From assembly GCA_046723505.1 (NCBI GenBank), contig JBKOUS010000092.1, positions 1-63,540 of the forward strand: a stretch of 63,540 nt of DNA, read 5' to 3'. The position numbers and the translations under genes are program-made. The stretch is from Actinomycetota bacterium. Lineage in GTDB: Bacteria > Actinomycetota > Actinomycetes > Propionibacteriales > Propionibacteriaceae. The notes beneath the pieces are model-generated. The model saw only the letters and a program-made list of their open reading frames with translations, was not told the origin of the DNA and ran no database searches. Positions 1-8,574 of this stretch are shown here, piece by piece. The first letter of the stretch is position 1, and each line of letters starts with the position of its first letter.

Positions 1-1
1 T

Positions 2-2059
2 CGTCGTATCCGAGCCTGTCTCCACCGGCCTGGCGCGTCGAGGCCCCGGCGGCGCCGTCAACGCCTTGTCCGCGGTTGTCGCGTGCGGCGACGCAACCTT
101 GGCGGCGGCGCGGACTGCGCGGGTCGCCCTCTCCGGCTCAATCGCCTGCTCCTCATCCAGTTCGGCCTCGAGCCGGAGCCACACCGCACCGAGCGGCGGG
201 ATGGTGACCGAGGCGGATGCCTTGTAACCGTGCGATGGCACTGGATGTGCAATCACCTGTCCGAGGTTCCCGATCAAGCCTGTGCCGTCGTAAACCTCGG
301 CGTCTGTGTTCAAGATCTCCTTCCAGACCCCCTCGGTGGGCAGCCCTATCTGGTGGTCCGGGCGGGGCTCGGTTGAGAAGTTGGTGATACAGGCGATCAT
401 CTGGCCATCGCCGTCGTAGCGGATCCACGAAAAGACATTCCCGCCACGGTCATCAGCGTCGATCCAGGAGAAGCCTGATGCATCGGTGTCACGCTTCCAC
501 AGTGCGGGATGCTCCTTGTAGATCGTGTTGAGGTCCTTGATCAGCCGCTGCACGCCGCGGTGCCCCCACTCCGCGCTCTGCCACCAGTCGACGCTGCGAC
601 TTTCGGAGAATTCCCGCCGCTGGCCGAACTCGGTCCCCATGAACAACAGCTTCTTGCCAGGGTGTGCCCACATGAAGGCATAGAAGGCGCGCAGGGTGCC
701 AAACTTCCGCCACTCATCCTGCGGAGCGCGCTCGAACATCGAGCCCTTGCCGTGCACCACCTCGTCGTGGCTGATCGGCAGGATGAAGTTCTCCGAGTAG
801 GCGTACGCCATCGCGAAGGTCATCTCATGATGGTGGTATTGCCGGTAGATCGGCTCGCGGCCCATGTAGCGCAGCGAGTCGTTCATCCAACCCATGTTCC
901 ACTTGAACCCGAAGCCAAGGCCCCCGTAGTCGGTGCTCTGCGTGACACCGGGCCAGGAGGTGGACTCCTCGGCGACCATGACGCTGCCGGGCTCGCGTCC
1001 ATAAGCGTGAGAATTGGTCCGCTGCAGCAGCTCGACCGCTTCCAGATTTTCGTTGCCACCGTACTTGTTCGGCACCCACTGACCTGCCTCGCGGGAGTAG
1101 TCCAGATAAAGCATCGAGGCGACGCCGTCCACGCGTAGCCCGTCGATGTGGAACTCCTCCAGCCAGTAGTAGGCATTGGAGATCAGGAAGCTCTTCACCT
1201 CGTTGCGGCCGAAGTTGAAGATGTAGGAGCCCCAGTCGGGGTGCCAGCCGAGTCGCGGGTCCTCATGCTCGTACAGCGCGGTTCCGTCGAAGCGCTGCAG
1301 CGCCCAGGGATCGGTCGCGAAGTGCCCGGGCACCCAGTCCACAATGACTCCAATCCCGGCCTGGTGGAGTTTGTCGACGAGGTGTCGGAACTCATCGGGT
1401 GACCCGAACTTCGACATGGGGGCGAAGTAGCCGGTGACGTGATAGCCCCAGGAGCCTTCGAACGGATGCTGGGCAACCGGCATGAATTCCACATGGGTGT
1501 AGCCCTGCCAGCTGACGTACTCGACCAGTTCGTTGGCCAGTTCGAGGTAGGTGAGGCCTTTACGCCAGGAGCCAATGTGCACTTCGTAGATGCTCACCGG
1601 CTCGGCGTGCATCGCCCTTTCGCCGCGGTACCACATCCACTCGTCGTCACCCCAGGCATATTGGGTTTCATACACTATTGAGGCGGTATGCGGCGCAGCC
1701 TCCGCGAAGCGTGCCATGGGGTCTGCCTTGAGCCGCCAGACACCGTCGGCGCCGAGCACCTCGAACTTGTAGAGGCTGCCTGTGCTGGCCCCTTCGACAA
1801 ACAGCGCCCAGACCCCGGCCCCTGGCACCAAATGCATGTAGTGCCCCTCGCCGTTCCAGTAATTGAAGTCACCGACGAGTCGTACGGCTTGTGCGTTTGG
1901 TGCCCACACCGAGAAGCGCGTGCCGAAGATCGGCCCACGTTCGGAGTCTTCGACGGTCGTCTCCTGGGCGCCTAGTCGGCGCCAGCACTCGGTGTCATGA
2001 CCTTCGTGGAAGCCCGTGAGGTCCCAGCCAGTCAGACCGCCGCTCGGATCGTACGACAT
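2..2059 (-). CDS. glgB: 1,4-alpha-glucan branching enzyme, 3' end runs off the window
   Basis: Manual translation from ATG at 2059: MSYDPSGGLTGWDLTGFHEGHDTECWRRLGA...FSVWAPNA...GDFNYWNG; also YEVHIGSW, RVDGVASMLYLDYSR, WNMGWMND, SHDEVVHGK. No stop seen before position 1, which explains its absence from the ORF track. Confidence 0.96.
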   Translation of the reverse strand, partial: MSYDPSGGLTGWDLTGFHEGHDTECWRRLGAQETTVEDSERGPIFGTRFSVWAPNAQAVRLVGDFNYWNGEGHYMHLVPGAGVWALFVEGASTGSLYKFEVLGADGVWRLKADPMARFAEAAPHTASIVYETQYAWGDDEWMWYRGERAMHAEPVSIYEVHIGSWRKGLTYLELANELVEYVSWQGYTHVEFMPVAQHPFEGSWGYHVTGYFAPMSKFGSPDEFRHLVDKLHQAGIGVIVDWVPGHFATDPWALQRFDGTALYEHEDPRLGWHPDWGSYIFNFGRNEVKSFLISNAYYWLEEFHIDGLRVDGVASMLYLDYSREAGQWVPNKYGGNENLEAVELLQRTNSHAYGREPGSVMVAEESTSWPGVTQSTDYGGLGFGFKWNMGWMNDSLRYMGREPIYRQYHHHEMTFAMAYAYSENFILPISHDEVVHGKGSMFERAPQDEWRKFGTLRAFYAFMWAHPGKKLLFMGTEFGQRREFSESRSVDWWQSAEWGHRGVQRLIKDLNTIYKEHPALWKRDTDASGFSWIDADDRGGNVFSWIRYDGDGQMIACITNFSTEPRPDHQIGLPTEGVWKEILNTDAEVYDGTGLIGNLGQVIAHPVPSHGYKASASVTIPPLGAVWLRLEAELDEEQAIEPERATRAVRAAAKVASPHATTADKALTAPPGPRRARPVETGSDTT

Positions 2060-2087
2060 GAGTGCTACTCCTGTTCTCTGGTGGGGC

Positions 2088-3569
2088 CTACAAGCTCGCC
2101 GTGTTTTCGGGCGGGCTCGCGAGCTCGCCCGGGGGCACCTGATTGTTGTCCACGAGGGCCGCTGGCGGGTCGAAATCCCCTGCGTCGCGGTCGTCGGCCG
2201 CCAGTGCCGCGACCGCGCGGAGCGGGATGCCAACCCAGTCTGGGCGGTTCCGTGTCTCGTAGACGACTTCATAGATCGCTTTGTCAGCCTCGTACGCGCG
2301 CAGCATGCCCAGCTCGGTCGCACTCAGCTCCCCTCCGGCATAGCCGCGGAGGAAGGCGGTCCGACACTTTTCGGCCCACGCCGAGCTGTCTGGTGCAGGG
2401 ACGGTCGCTGCGGCGTAGTCGAACGAGCGCAGCATGCCGGCTATGTCTCGCCAGACGGCATCGGGTTCGCGTCGTTCAGCCATGGCCTTCGCCGGCTCGC
2501 CCTCGAAGTCGATGATCTTCCACCCTGCGGGGGTATGCAGTGTCTGTCCGAGATGGAAGTCGCCGTGTACGCGCTGCGTATCGAGGGTTCCGGCACCCAG
2601 GTGGTCGAAGCAGCGCGCCAGCCCCGGAATGTGCGGCACCAGCGCCGAGGCGATCTCAGCAGCCTCATCCAGGCGATCCGTCATGATCATTGCCGTCCGC
2701 CTACCCAGCACCTTCGCCGTGGGAAAGGCAGCGCGCAAGGCGTGGTGGGTCTCGGCGAGCGCAATGCCGAGTGCCTCAGCCTCTGCCGCGAAGCCCGAGC
2801 CGGTCCGCAGCGAGTCGAGCGCCAAGTCCCAGCCGTCAACCGCATCAGCCAGCATCTCGACAGCCATGCCAAGGTCGGCGTCCAGCTGCCGTCCATTGGA
2901 CACCCAGCTGCCCTCAATCCAGCCAAAGAGGCCGGCGACATCGGAGATCCCGGCGGCGTTGAGTGCAGCATGCACCTCGATATCGAGGTTGTGGCCGAGT
3001 TCCAGGCGCCTGAAGAGTTTGAGAATCGCTGTATCTCCAAGCATGACCGAGGTGTTGCTCTGCTGCCCGGTGAACGGCCGTGGCTCAAGATCGGAGGTGA
3101 GACCGGGCATGGCGGTGGTGTTGAATCGAGTCTCGCTGTTCGGGCTGCGCAGCCGACGGCTGCCCAACAATGCTTGCAGGATCACCCGGCATGCCGCAGG
3201 GTCCTCGGCGGCGTCGTACGCGATGACCGGCCCCAGATCAGGATCGGTGAATCGGCTGATCTCGGCGTGGTGCAATTCGGTGTGCGGGGCGGGACGGTAC
3301 GAGACTGCAAGCTGGTAGTACTCGGTGGGGGACGCCGCAATTTGGGGCGCCATCTCAGGATCTTCATCAGCTGGATAGCTGACCTCGGCGATCTCGAAGC
3401 GTACTGCTGGAGGGGCGCCAGGGGAGAAGAAATCGGAAGTCTTGGTCAGCCAGGGCAGAGGCGTCAGCGATCGGAGCCGGACCTGTCGGCCTTTGCCAGC
3501 AAACCATCGCGCAGCGGTGATGTACCTCAGGACCTGGTCGGTTACCTGAGGATCGCCCCTCCCGCTCAC
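2088..3569 (-). CDS. mak: Maltokinase (Pep2/Mak)
   Basis: RWFAGK at the N-terminus, QQSNTS, HGDFHLGQ, IIDFEGEP, DKAIYEVVYE..RPDW; lies between glgE and glgB. Confidence 0.9.
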   Translation of the reverse strand: MSGRGDPQVTDQVLRYITAARWFAGKGRQVRLRSLTPLPWLTKTSDFFSPGAPPAVRFEIAEVSYPADEDPEMAPQIAASPTEYYQLAVSYRPAPHTELHHAEISRFTDPDLGPVIAYDAAEDPAACRVILQALLGSRRLRSPNSETRFNTTAMPGLTSDLEPRPFTGQQSNTSVMLGDTAILKLFRRLELGHNLDIEVHAALNAAGISDVAGLFGWIEGSWVSNGRQLDADLGMAVEMLADAVDGWDLALDSLRTGSGFAAEAEALGIALAETHHALRAAFPTAKVLGRRTAMIMTDRLDEAAEIASALVPHIPGLARCFDHLGAGTLDTQRVHGDFHLGQTLHTPAGWKIIDFEGEPAKAMAERREPDAVWRDIAGMLRSFDYAAATVPAPDSSAWAEKCRTAFLRGYAGGELSATELGMLRAYEADKAIYEVVYETRNRPDWVGIPLRAVAALAADDRDAGDFDPPAALVDNNQVPPGELASPPENTASL

Positions 3570-3575
3570 TGCGTC

Positions 3576-5744
3576 CTAACCCTGTGTGGTGGCCGGCCCT
3601 GAGGCCGTGCTCCGTGAGCCGTACCGAATAAGTGTGAGAACGTGCGCCGGATCGTCATAGGTGAGCCTGACGAAGGCATGCTGTCCCCAGCGCCACGTTT
3701 GGCCGGTGAGCTCGTCGTGGACAAGGTAGACGTCGCGCGATGTGAGGCCGAGAGCCTCCATGTCCAAATAGACCTCGGTCTCGACAATGTTTTGTGGATC
3801 GAGGCTGACGATCACGATGACCACGTCGTCGCCGCTCTTCTTGGAATAGACCAACGCGCTCGCATGTGGGGCGTGGTGGAAGTGCAAGCTGCGGAGTTGC
3901 TGAAGCGCCGGATGCTCTCTGCGGATCTGGTTCAGCTTGCCGAGGAGCAAGTTGAGGGTCTCGCCGCTCTCCTCCGCTGCCCTCCAGTCTCGTGGCCGGT
4001 ACTGGAACTTTTCGGAGTCCAGGTACTCCTCGCGCCCCTGGCCGAGCGCAGCATTCTCAAACAACTCGAATCCCGAATAGATACCCCACAGCGGAGCAAG
4101 CGTCGCGCCGAGCACGGCGCGAATGGTGAACGCGGGTTTGCCACCCCACTGCAGGAAGAGCGGCAGGATGTCGGGGGTGTTGGGCCAGAAGCTCGGCCGG
4201 AAGAAGCTGTCCGTTTCGGTCGTCAGCTCCTTCATGTACTCCTCGATCTCCCACTTCTCGTTGCGCCAGGTGAAGTAGGTGTAGGACTGGTGGAAGCCCG
4301 CCTTGCCGAGTGCGTGCATCATGGCTGGCTTGGTGAACGCCTCCGACAGGAACAGCACATCGGGATCGGTCCTGCGAACCTCACCCAGCAGCCATACCCA
4401 GAAGTTGACGGGCTTGGTATGCGGATTGTCGACGCGGAAGATCCGGACGCCATGGCTCATCCAGAGTTTGATGATGCGTAAGCTCTCCAGATAGATCCCG
4501 TCGCGGTCGTTGTCGAAGTTGATGGGATAGATGTCCTGGTACTTCTTCGGTGGGTTTTCCGCGTAGGCGATGGAACCGTCGGCGCGCTTGGAGAACCATT
4601 CGGGGTGCTCGGTCACCCACGGATGATCGGGAGATGCCTGGAGCGCGAAGTCCAACGCAACCTCGAGCCCGAGTGACTTGGCCTTGGCGACAAACCGGTC
4701 GAAGGCGTCGAAGTCCCCAAGGTCTGGATGAATGGCGTCATGTCCACCCTCTTCGGCACCGATGGCCCAGGGTGAGCCGGGATCGCTGGGGCGCGGGCTG
4801 AGAGTGTTGTTCGGCCCCTTTCGGAAGGCTCTGCCAATTGGGTGGATAGGCGGGAGGTAGACCACGTCGAAGCCCATTGCGGCCGCGGCTTCCAGCCGCT
4901 CGTGCGAGGTGTCGAACGTGCCGGAGATCCACCTCTGGTTCTTCTCATCCCACTGCGCGCCCTGAGAGCGTGGGAAGAACTCGTACCAGGAGGAGAAGAG
5001 CGCCTTTTGGCGATCGACGAAGATCGGGTAGTCCGGGGTGGGCGAAACCAGCTCGCGGGGCCCGTAACGATCCATGGCCGAGCGCACCTCATCAGCAAGT
5101 ACGACCTCCAAACGGTCCTCAACCTGCTGTCCGGAATTCAAGCTGTCGGCCGCGGCGCTCAGCAAAGCGGCGTTCCGGGTATCACCGGCCGCCTCGGCGG
5201 CGGCGGCGGACCTCTCGAAAAGCGCCTTGCCTTCGGTGCACACCAGGGCAACGTCGATGCCGGCCGGGATCTTGATCTCGGCGCTGTGCACCCAGGTCGC
5301 CCAGGGATCGCTCCAGCCCTCGACACGGAACGTCCACGACCCCTCAGTCTCAAGCACCACCGAGGCTGTCCACCAATCAAAGCCCAACGGTGTAGTGGGG
5401 TACATCGGCTCGAGCCGCTCAGTGCCGTTCGGGTCGGTTAGCACTACCGACGCGTTGACGGCATCATGGCCCTCCCGGAACACGGTGGCCCGAATCGGAA
5501 TGGATTCTCCAACGACAGCCTTCGCCGGGTACGCCCCGCCCTCGATGACTGGTGACACCTTGTGCACGGGGATACGTTCGATGGGCGTTCCCAGCGCAGG
5601 CCTGCTCGTGGTGACCTTGGGTTCGGCGGCTTGTCTCGTCGCCGACTTTTCTGTTGAGGCTTGGGTGGACGAGGATTCTGCGGAGCCTGGCTGAGCCGCG
5701 TCGTCGCGCTCAGGTACAGGGAAGCCTGAGTTGGTTGCCGTCAC
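3576..5744 (-). CDS. glgE: Alpha-1,4-glucan:maltose-1-phosphate maltosyltransferase
   Basis: VFREGHD, WYEFFPRS, LPPIHPIG, ENPPKKYQDIYP, FRVDNPHTKP. Start moved from 5813 to the GTG at 5744 because TAGGTT lies 7 nt upstream of it. Confidence 0.95.
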   Translation of the reverse strand: MTATNSGFPVPERDDAAQPGSAESSSTQASTEKSATRQAAEPKVTTSRPALGTPIERIPVHKVSPVIEGGAYPAKAVVGESIPIRATVFREGHDAVNASVVLTDPNGTERLEPMYPTTPLGFDWWTASVVLETEGSWTFRVEGWSDPWATWVHSAEIKIPAGIDVALVCTEGKALFERSAAAAEAAGDTRNAALLSAAADSLNSGQQVEDRLEVVLADEVRSAMDRYGPRELVSPTPDYPIFVDRQKALFSSWYEFFPRSQGAQWDEKNQRWISGTFDTSHERLEAAAAMGFDVVYLPPIHPIGRAFRKGPNNTLSPRPSDPGSPWAIGAEEGGHDAIHPDLGDFDAFDRFVAKAKSLGLEVALDFALQASPDHPWVTEHPEWFSKRADGSIAYAENPPKKYQDIYPINFDNDRDGIYLESLRIIKLWMSHGVRIFRVDNPHTKPVNFWVWLLGEVRRTDPDVLFLSEAFTKPAMMHALGKAGFHQSYTYFTWRNEKWEIEEYMKELTTETDSFFRPSFWPNTPDILPLFLQWGGKPAFTIRAVLGATLAPLWGIYSGFELFENAALGQGREEYLDSEKFQYRPRDWRAAEESGETLNLLLGKLNQIRREHPALQQLRSLHFHHAPHASALVYSKKSGDDVVIVIVSLDPQNIVETEVYLDMEALGLTSRDVYLVHDELTGQTWRWGQHAFVRLTYDDPAHVLTLIRYGSRSTASGPATTQG

Positions 5745-5751
5745 GAATGCC

Positions 5752-5910
5752 AACCTATCGGCCCCGCTGCTGGTGCGGCAGGGGGTCAGTGACATCGGCT
5801 CGGGCTGCATCACCGGCCTCGCCTGGCCCGGCCGAGGGCCCAGTCGTGATGTAGTTCATCGAACGGATGCACGCACAAATCCCATATGGGCATAGGTTCG
5901 CCGGTAGGTT
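5752..5910. promoter_or_regulatory. Divergent leaderless-type promoters of glgE and glgP
   Basis: TAGGTT on the - strand (5752-5757) is 7 nt before the glgE GTG; TAGGTT on the + strand (5905-5910) is 6 nt before the glgP GTG; palindrome CCCATATGGG at 5881-5890. Confidence 0.6.
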
Positions 5911-5916
5911 GAGCGA

Positions 5917-8502
5917 GTGCGTGCTATCCGTCGTTTTATCGTGCGCCCTGTGCTGCCTGAGGTTCTCAAGCCTCTGGGCGATCTGGCCCGAAATTTACGC
6001 TGGTGCTGGCATCCGGAGACACAAGATCTTTTTCGGTCGGTCGACCCGCAGCTATGGGAGCGCACTGGCGGTGACCCGGTCAGGCTGCTGGCCGACGTGT
6101 CCGTGGAACGCCTCCAGGCGCTGTCCATCGACAAGCGGTTCATCAAGAACCTGCGTCTGATCCAGTCCGATCTTGCCGACTATCTGACCGGCGATCTGTG
6201 GTATCAGGGGTACCTGGCAGAGAACCCTGCAGCGCCGGTGAGTATTGGTTATTTCTCACCAGAATTCGGCCTCACCGAGGTGCTCCCGCAGTACTCAGGT
6301 GGCCTGGGCATCCTGGCCGGTGACCACTTGAAGGCGGCAAGCGACCTCGGTGTCCCGATCATTGGAGTCGGCTTGCTTTACCGTCAGGGGTATTTCCGGC
6401 AGTCCCTGAATGCCGCAGGCTGGCAGCAGGAGCGCTATCCGCTTCTGGACCCGAACGCGTTGCCGTTGACCATGCTGCACGATGACAACGGCCCGGTCCG
6501 GATCGAGGTCCCACTCGCTGCCGGGCGTACTCTCTTCGCCCAGGTCTGGGTAGCGCAGGTGGGCCGGGTGCCGCTACTGATGTTGGATTCCGACGTCGAG
6601 CAGAACGCCGGTTACGAACGGGAGGTAACCGACCGGCTATACGGCGGTGGTACCGACCATCGGCTTGAGCAGGAGGTGCTGCTCGGCATGGGTGGGGTAC
6701 GCGCCATACGTGCTTATTGTCAGATCACCGGCACCCCGCCGCCAACGGTGTTCCACACCAACGAGGGGCACGCCGGGTTCCTGGGGTTGGAGCGGATTCG
6801 CGAATACATGCAAAACGGCGATGATTTCGATACGGCACTGGAACGCAGCCGTGCCGGCACAATCTTCACCACTCACACGCCGGTTCCGGCCGGCATCGAC
6901 AGGTTCCCCCGCGAGCTGATCGTTCATCAGTTCGCGGGCTTCGAGGATCTGCCGGTGGATCGGGTCCTTGCACTGGGCGCCGAGGACTATGTGGGCGGCG
7001 ACCCGAGCATGTTCAACATGGCCGTGATGTGCTTTCGGCTGGCGCAACGGGCCAACGGGGTATCGCAGCTCCACGGGACTGTGTCGCGGGAGATGTTCCA
7101 GGGCTTGTGGCCCTCGTTCGACACCAGCGAGGTGCCGGTCACTTCCATCACGAATGGCGTGCACCATCTCACCTGGGTCCATCGCGAACTGCTCGACCTG
7201 CTCGAGGCGCCGACCGGCAGCCCGTCAGAGAGCGACGGCTATGACTGGAACGCACTGACCGAGGTCGACAGCAAGACGATCTGGGCGCTCAAGCGGAAGA
7301 TGCGCGAGGATCTGATCGCCATAACGCGTGCCCGTCTGGCGGCCAGCAGCGCCAATCGTGGCATGTCGATGGACTGGGTCGCCAAGACGCTCAACCCCGA
7401 CGTGGTCACGTTCGGCTTCGCCCGGCGCGTGCCGTCGTACAAGCGATTGACCCTGATGTTGCGCGATCCAGCTCGGCTGAAGGCGTTGCTGACCGATCCG
7501 GAGCGGCCGATCCAGATCGTCATCGCAGGCAAGGCCCATCCAGCCGACGAGGGTGGCAAAGCCCTGATCCAGCAGATGGCGCAGTTCGCCGATGATCCAG
7601 CCGTACGCGAGCGCATTGTGTTCCTGCCCGACTACGACATGGCGATGGCCAAGCGGCTGTATCCGGGTTGTGACGTGTGGATGAACAACCCGCTGCGGCC
7701 GTACGAGGCTTGCGGCACATCGGGGATGAAGGCGGCCCTGAACGGCGCAGCCAATTTGTCTATCCGCGACGGGTGGTGGGACGAGTGGTTCGATCCGGCG
7801 TACGGCTGGGAGATCCCCTCCGCCGAAGGCGTGGATGGCGCCGATCGTCGTGATGATCTTGAGGCAAAGGCGCTCTACGACATCATCGAGAACGAGATCG
7901 TGCCGCGTTTCTATGATCTTGACGTCTACGGGCTCCCGGAGCGCTGGATTCAGATGATCCGCGAGACCATCGCTGGCTTGGCCCCCAAGGTCGTAGCGTC
8001 GCGGATGGTTCGCGAGTACGTGACGAACCTCTACACCCACGCATCGGCCTCCAGCCTCACGCTCGACTCCTGGACTGGTGGAGCAGAGTCACTTGCCAGC
8101 TGGAAGCGCAGGATTCGCCAGGAGTGGCCAGCGGTGGCGGTAGAGCACGTGGAATCGCTAGCTGGCGAACAGGTCGAAGTGGGCACGAAGATACATGTCA
8201 GCGCACTCGTCCGACTTGGTGAGTTGACGCCTGACGACGTTCAGGTGCAGCTGGTCACCGGTCGGGTGAGCGGCGACGACCGGCTGTATGAGCCGCGGGT
8301 GAGTCCGTTCCCGGCTGGAATTGGTGTCGACGGCGGGCTACGCCGCTATGAGGGATGGGTCGAGGCCAAGCGTGCCGGCGCGATCGGATACACCGTGCGT
8401 GTGGTTCCGTATCACCCGCTGCTGGCCAGCCAGGCGGAGATGGGTCTGGCGACCCTGCCTGCGAGTATGCCGACGCCCCCGTCGGCGAGCTACGTGCCGT
8501 GA
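5917..8502 (+). CDS. glgP: Alpha-glucan (glycogen) phosphorylase
   Basis: YFSPEFG, YSGGLGILAGDHLK, TTHTPVPAG, and EACGTSGMK with the PLP lysine. Confidence 0.96.
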   Translation: MRAIRRFIVRPVLPEVLKPLGDLARNLRWCWHPETQDLFRSVDPQLWERTGGDPVRLLADVSVERLQALSIDKRFIKNLRLIQSDLADYLTGDLWYQGYLAENPAAPVSIGYFSPEFGLTEVLPQYSGGLGILAGDHLKAASDLGVPIIGVGLLYRQGYFRQSLNAAGWQQERYPLLDPNALPLTMLHDDNGPVRIEVPLAAGRTLFAQVWVAQVGRVPLLMLDSDVEQNAGYEREVTDRLYGGGTDHRLEQEVLLGMGGVRAIRAYCQITGTPPPTVFHTNEGHAGFLGLERIREYMQNGDDFDTALERSRAGTIFTTHTPVPAGIDRFPRELIVHQFAGFEDLPVDRVLALGAEDYVGGDPSMFNMAVMCFRLAQRANGVSQLHGTVSREMFQGLWPSFDTSEVPVTSITNGVHHLTWVHRELLDLLEAPTGSPSESDGYDWNALTEVDSKTIWALKRKMREDLIAITRARLAASSANRGMSMDWVAKTLNPDVVTFGFARRVPSYKRLTLMLRDPARLKALLTDPERPIQIVIAGKAHPADEGGKALIQQMAQFADDPAVRERIVFLPDYDMAMAKRLYPGCDVWMNNPLRPYEACGTSGMKAALNGAANLSIRDGWWDEWFDPAYGWEIPSAEGVDGADRRDDLEAKALYDIIENEIVPRFYDLDVYGLPERWIQMIRETIAGLAPKVVASRMVREYVTNLYTHASASSLTLDSWTGGAESLASWKRRIRQEWPAVAVEHVESLAGEQVEVGTKIHVSALVRLGELTPDDVQVQLVTGRVSGDDRLYEPRVSPFPAGIGVDGGLRRYEGWVEAKRAGAIGYTVRVVPYHPLLASQAEMGLATLPASMPTPPSASYVP

Positions 8503-8516
8503 TCGCAGCTTTTAAC

Positions 8517-8572
8517 GCCGACTTGTCAGAACCCAGTTGACCTATAGCTCAACTGGGTTCTGACAAGTCGGC
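8517..8572. terminator. Perfect 24 bp inverted repeat between convergent glgP and glgX; bidirectional terminator or REP-like hairpin
   Basis: GCCGACTTGTCAGAACCCAGTTGA, 8 nt loop, TCAACTGGGTTCTGACAAGTCGGC. Confidence 0.8.
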
Positions 8573-8574
8573 AG

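Noticed and set aside
1-2059. glgB missing from the ORF track, suggesting a pseudogene
   Set aside because: Manual translation of both ends and internal motifs is consistent with one frame running to the window edge; it simply has no stop codon inside the window.
2016-3602. 528 aa + strand ORF, and similar long antisense ORFs at 29831-31054, 40862-41995 and 54886-56157
   Set aside because: Shadow ORFs opposite well-supported genes, expected in high-GC DNA; no recognisable motifs.
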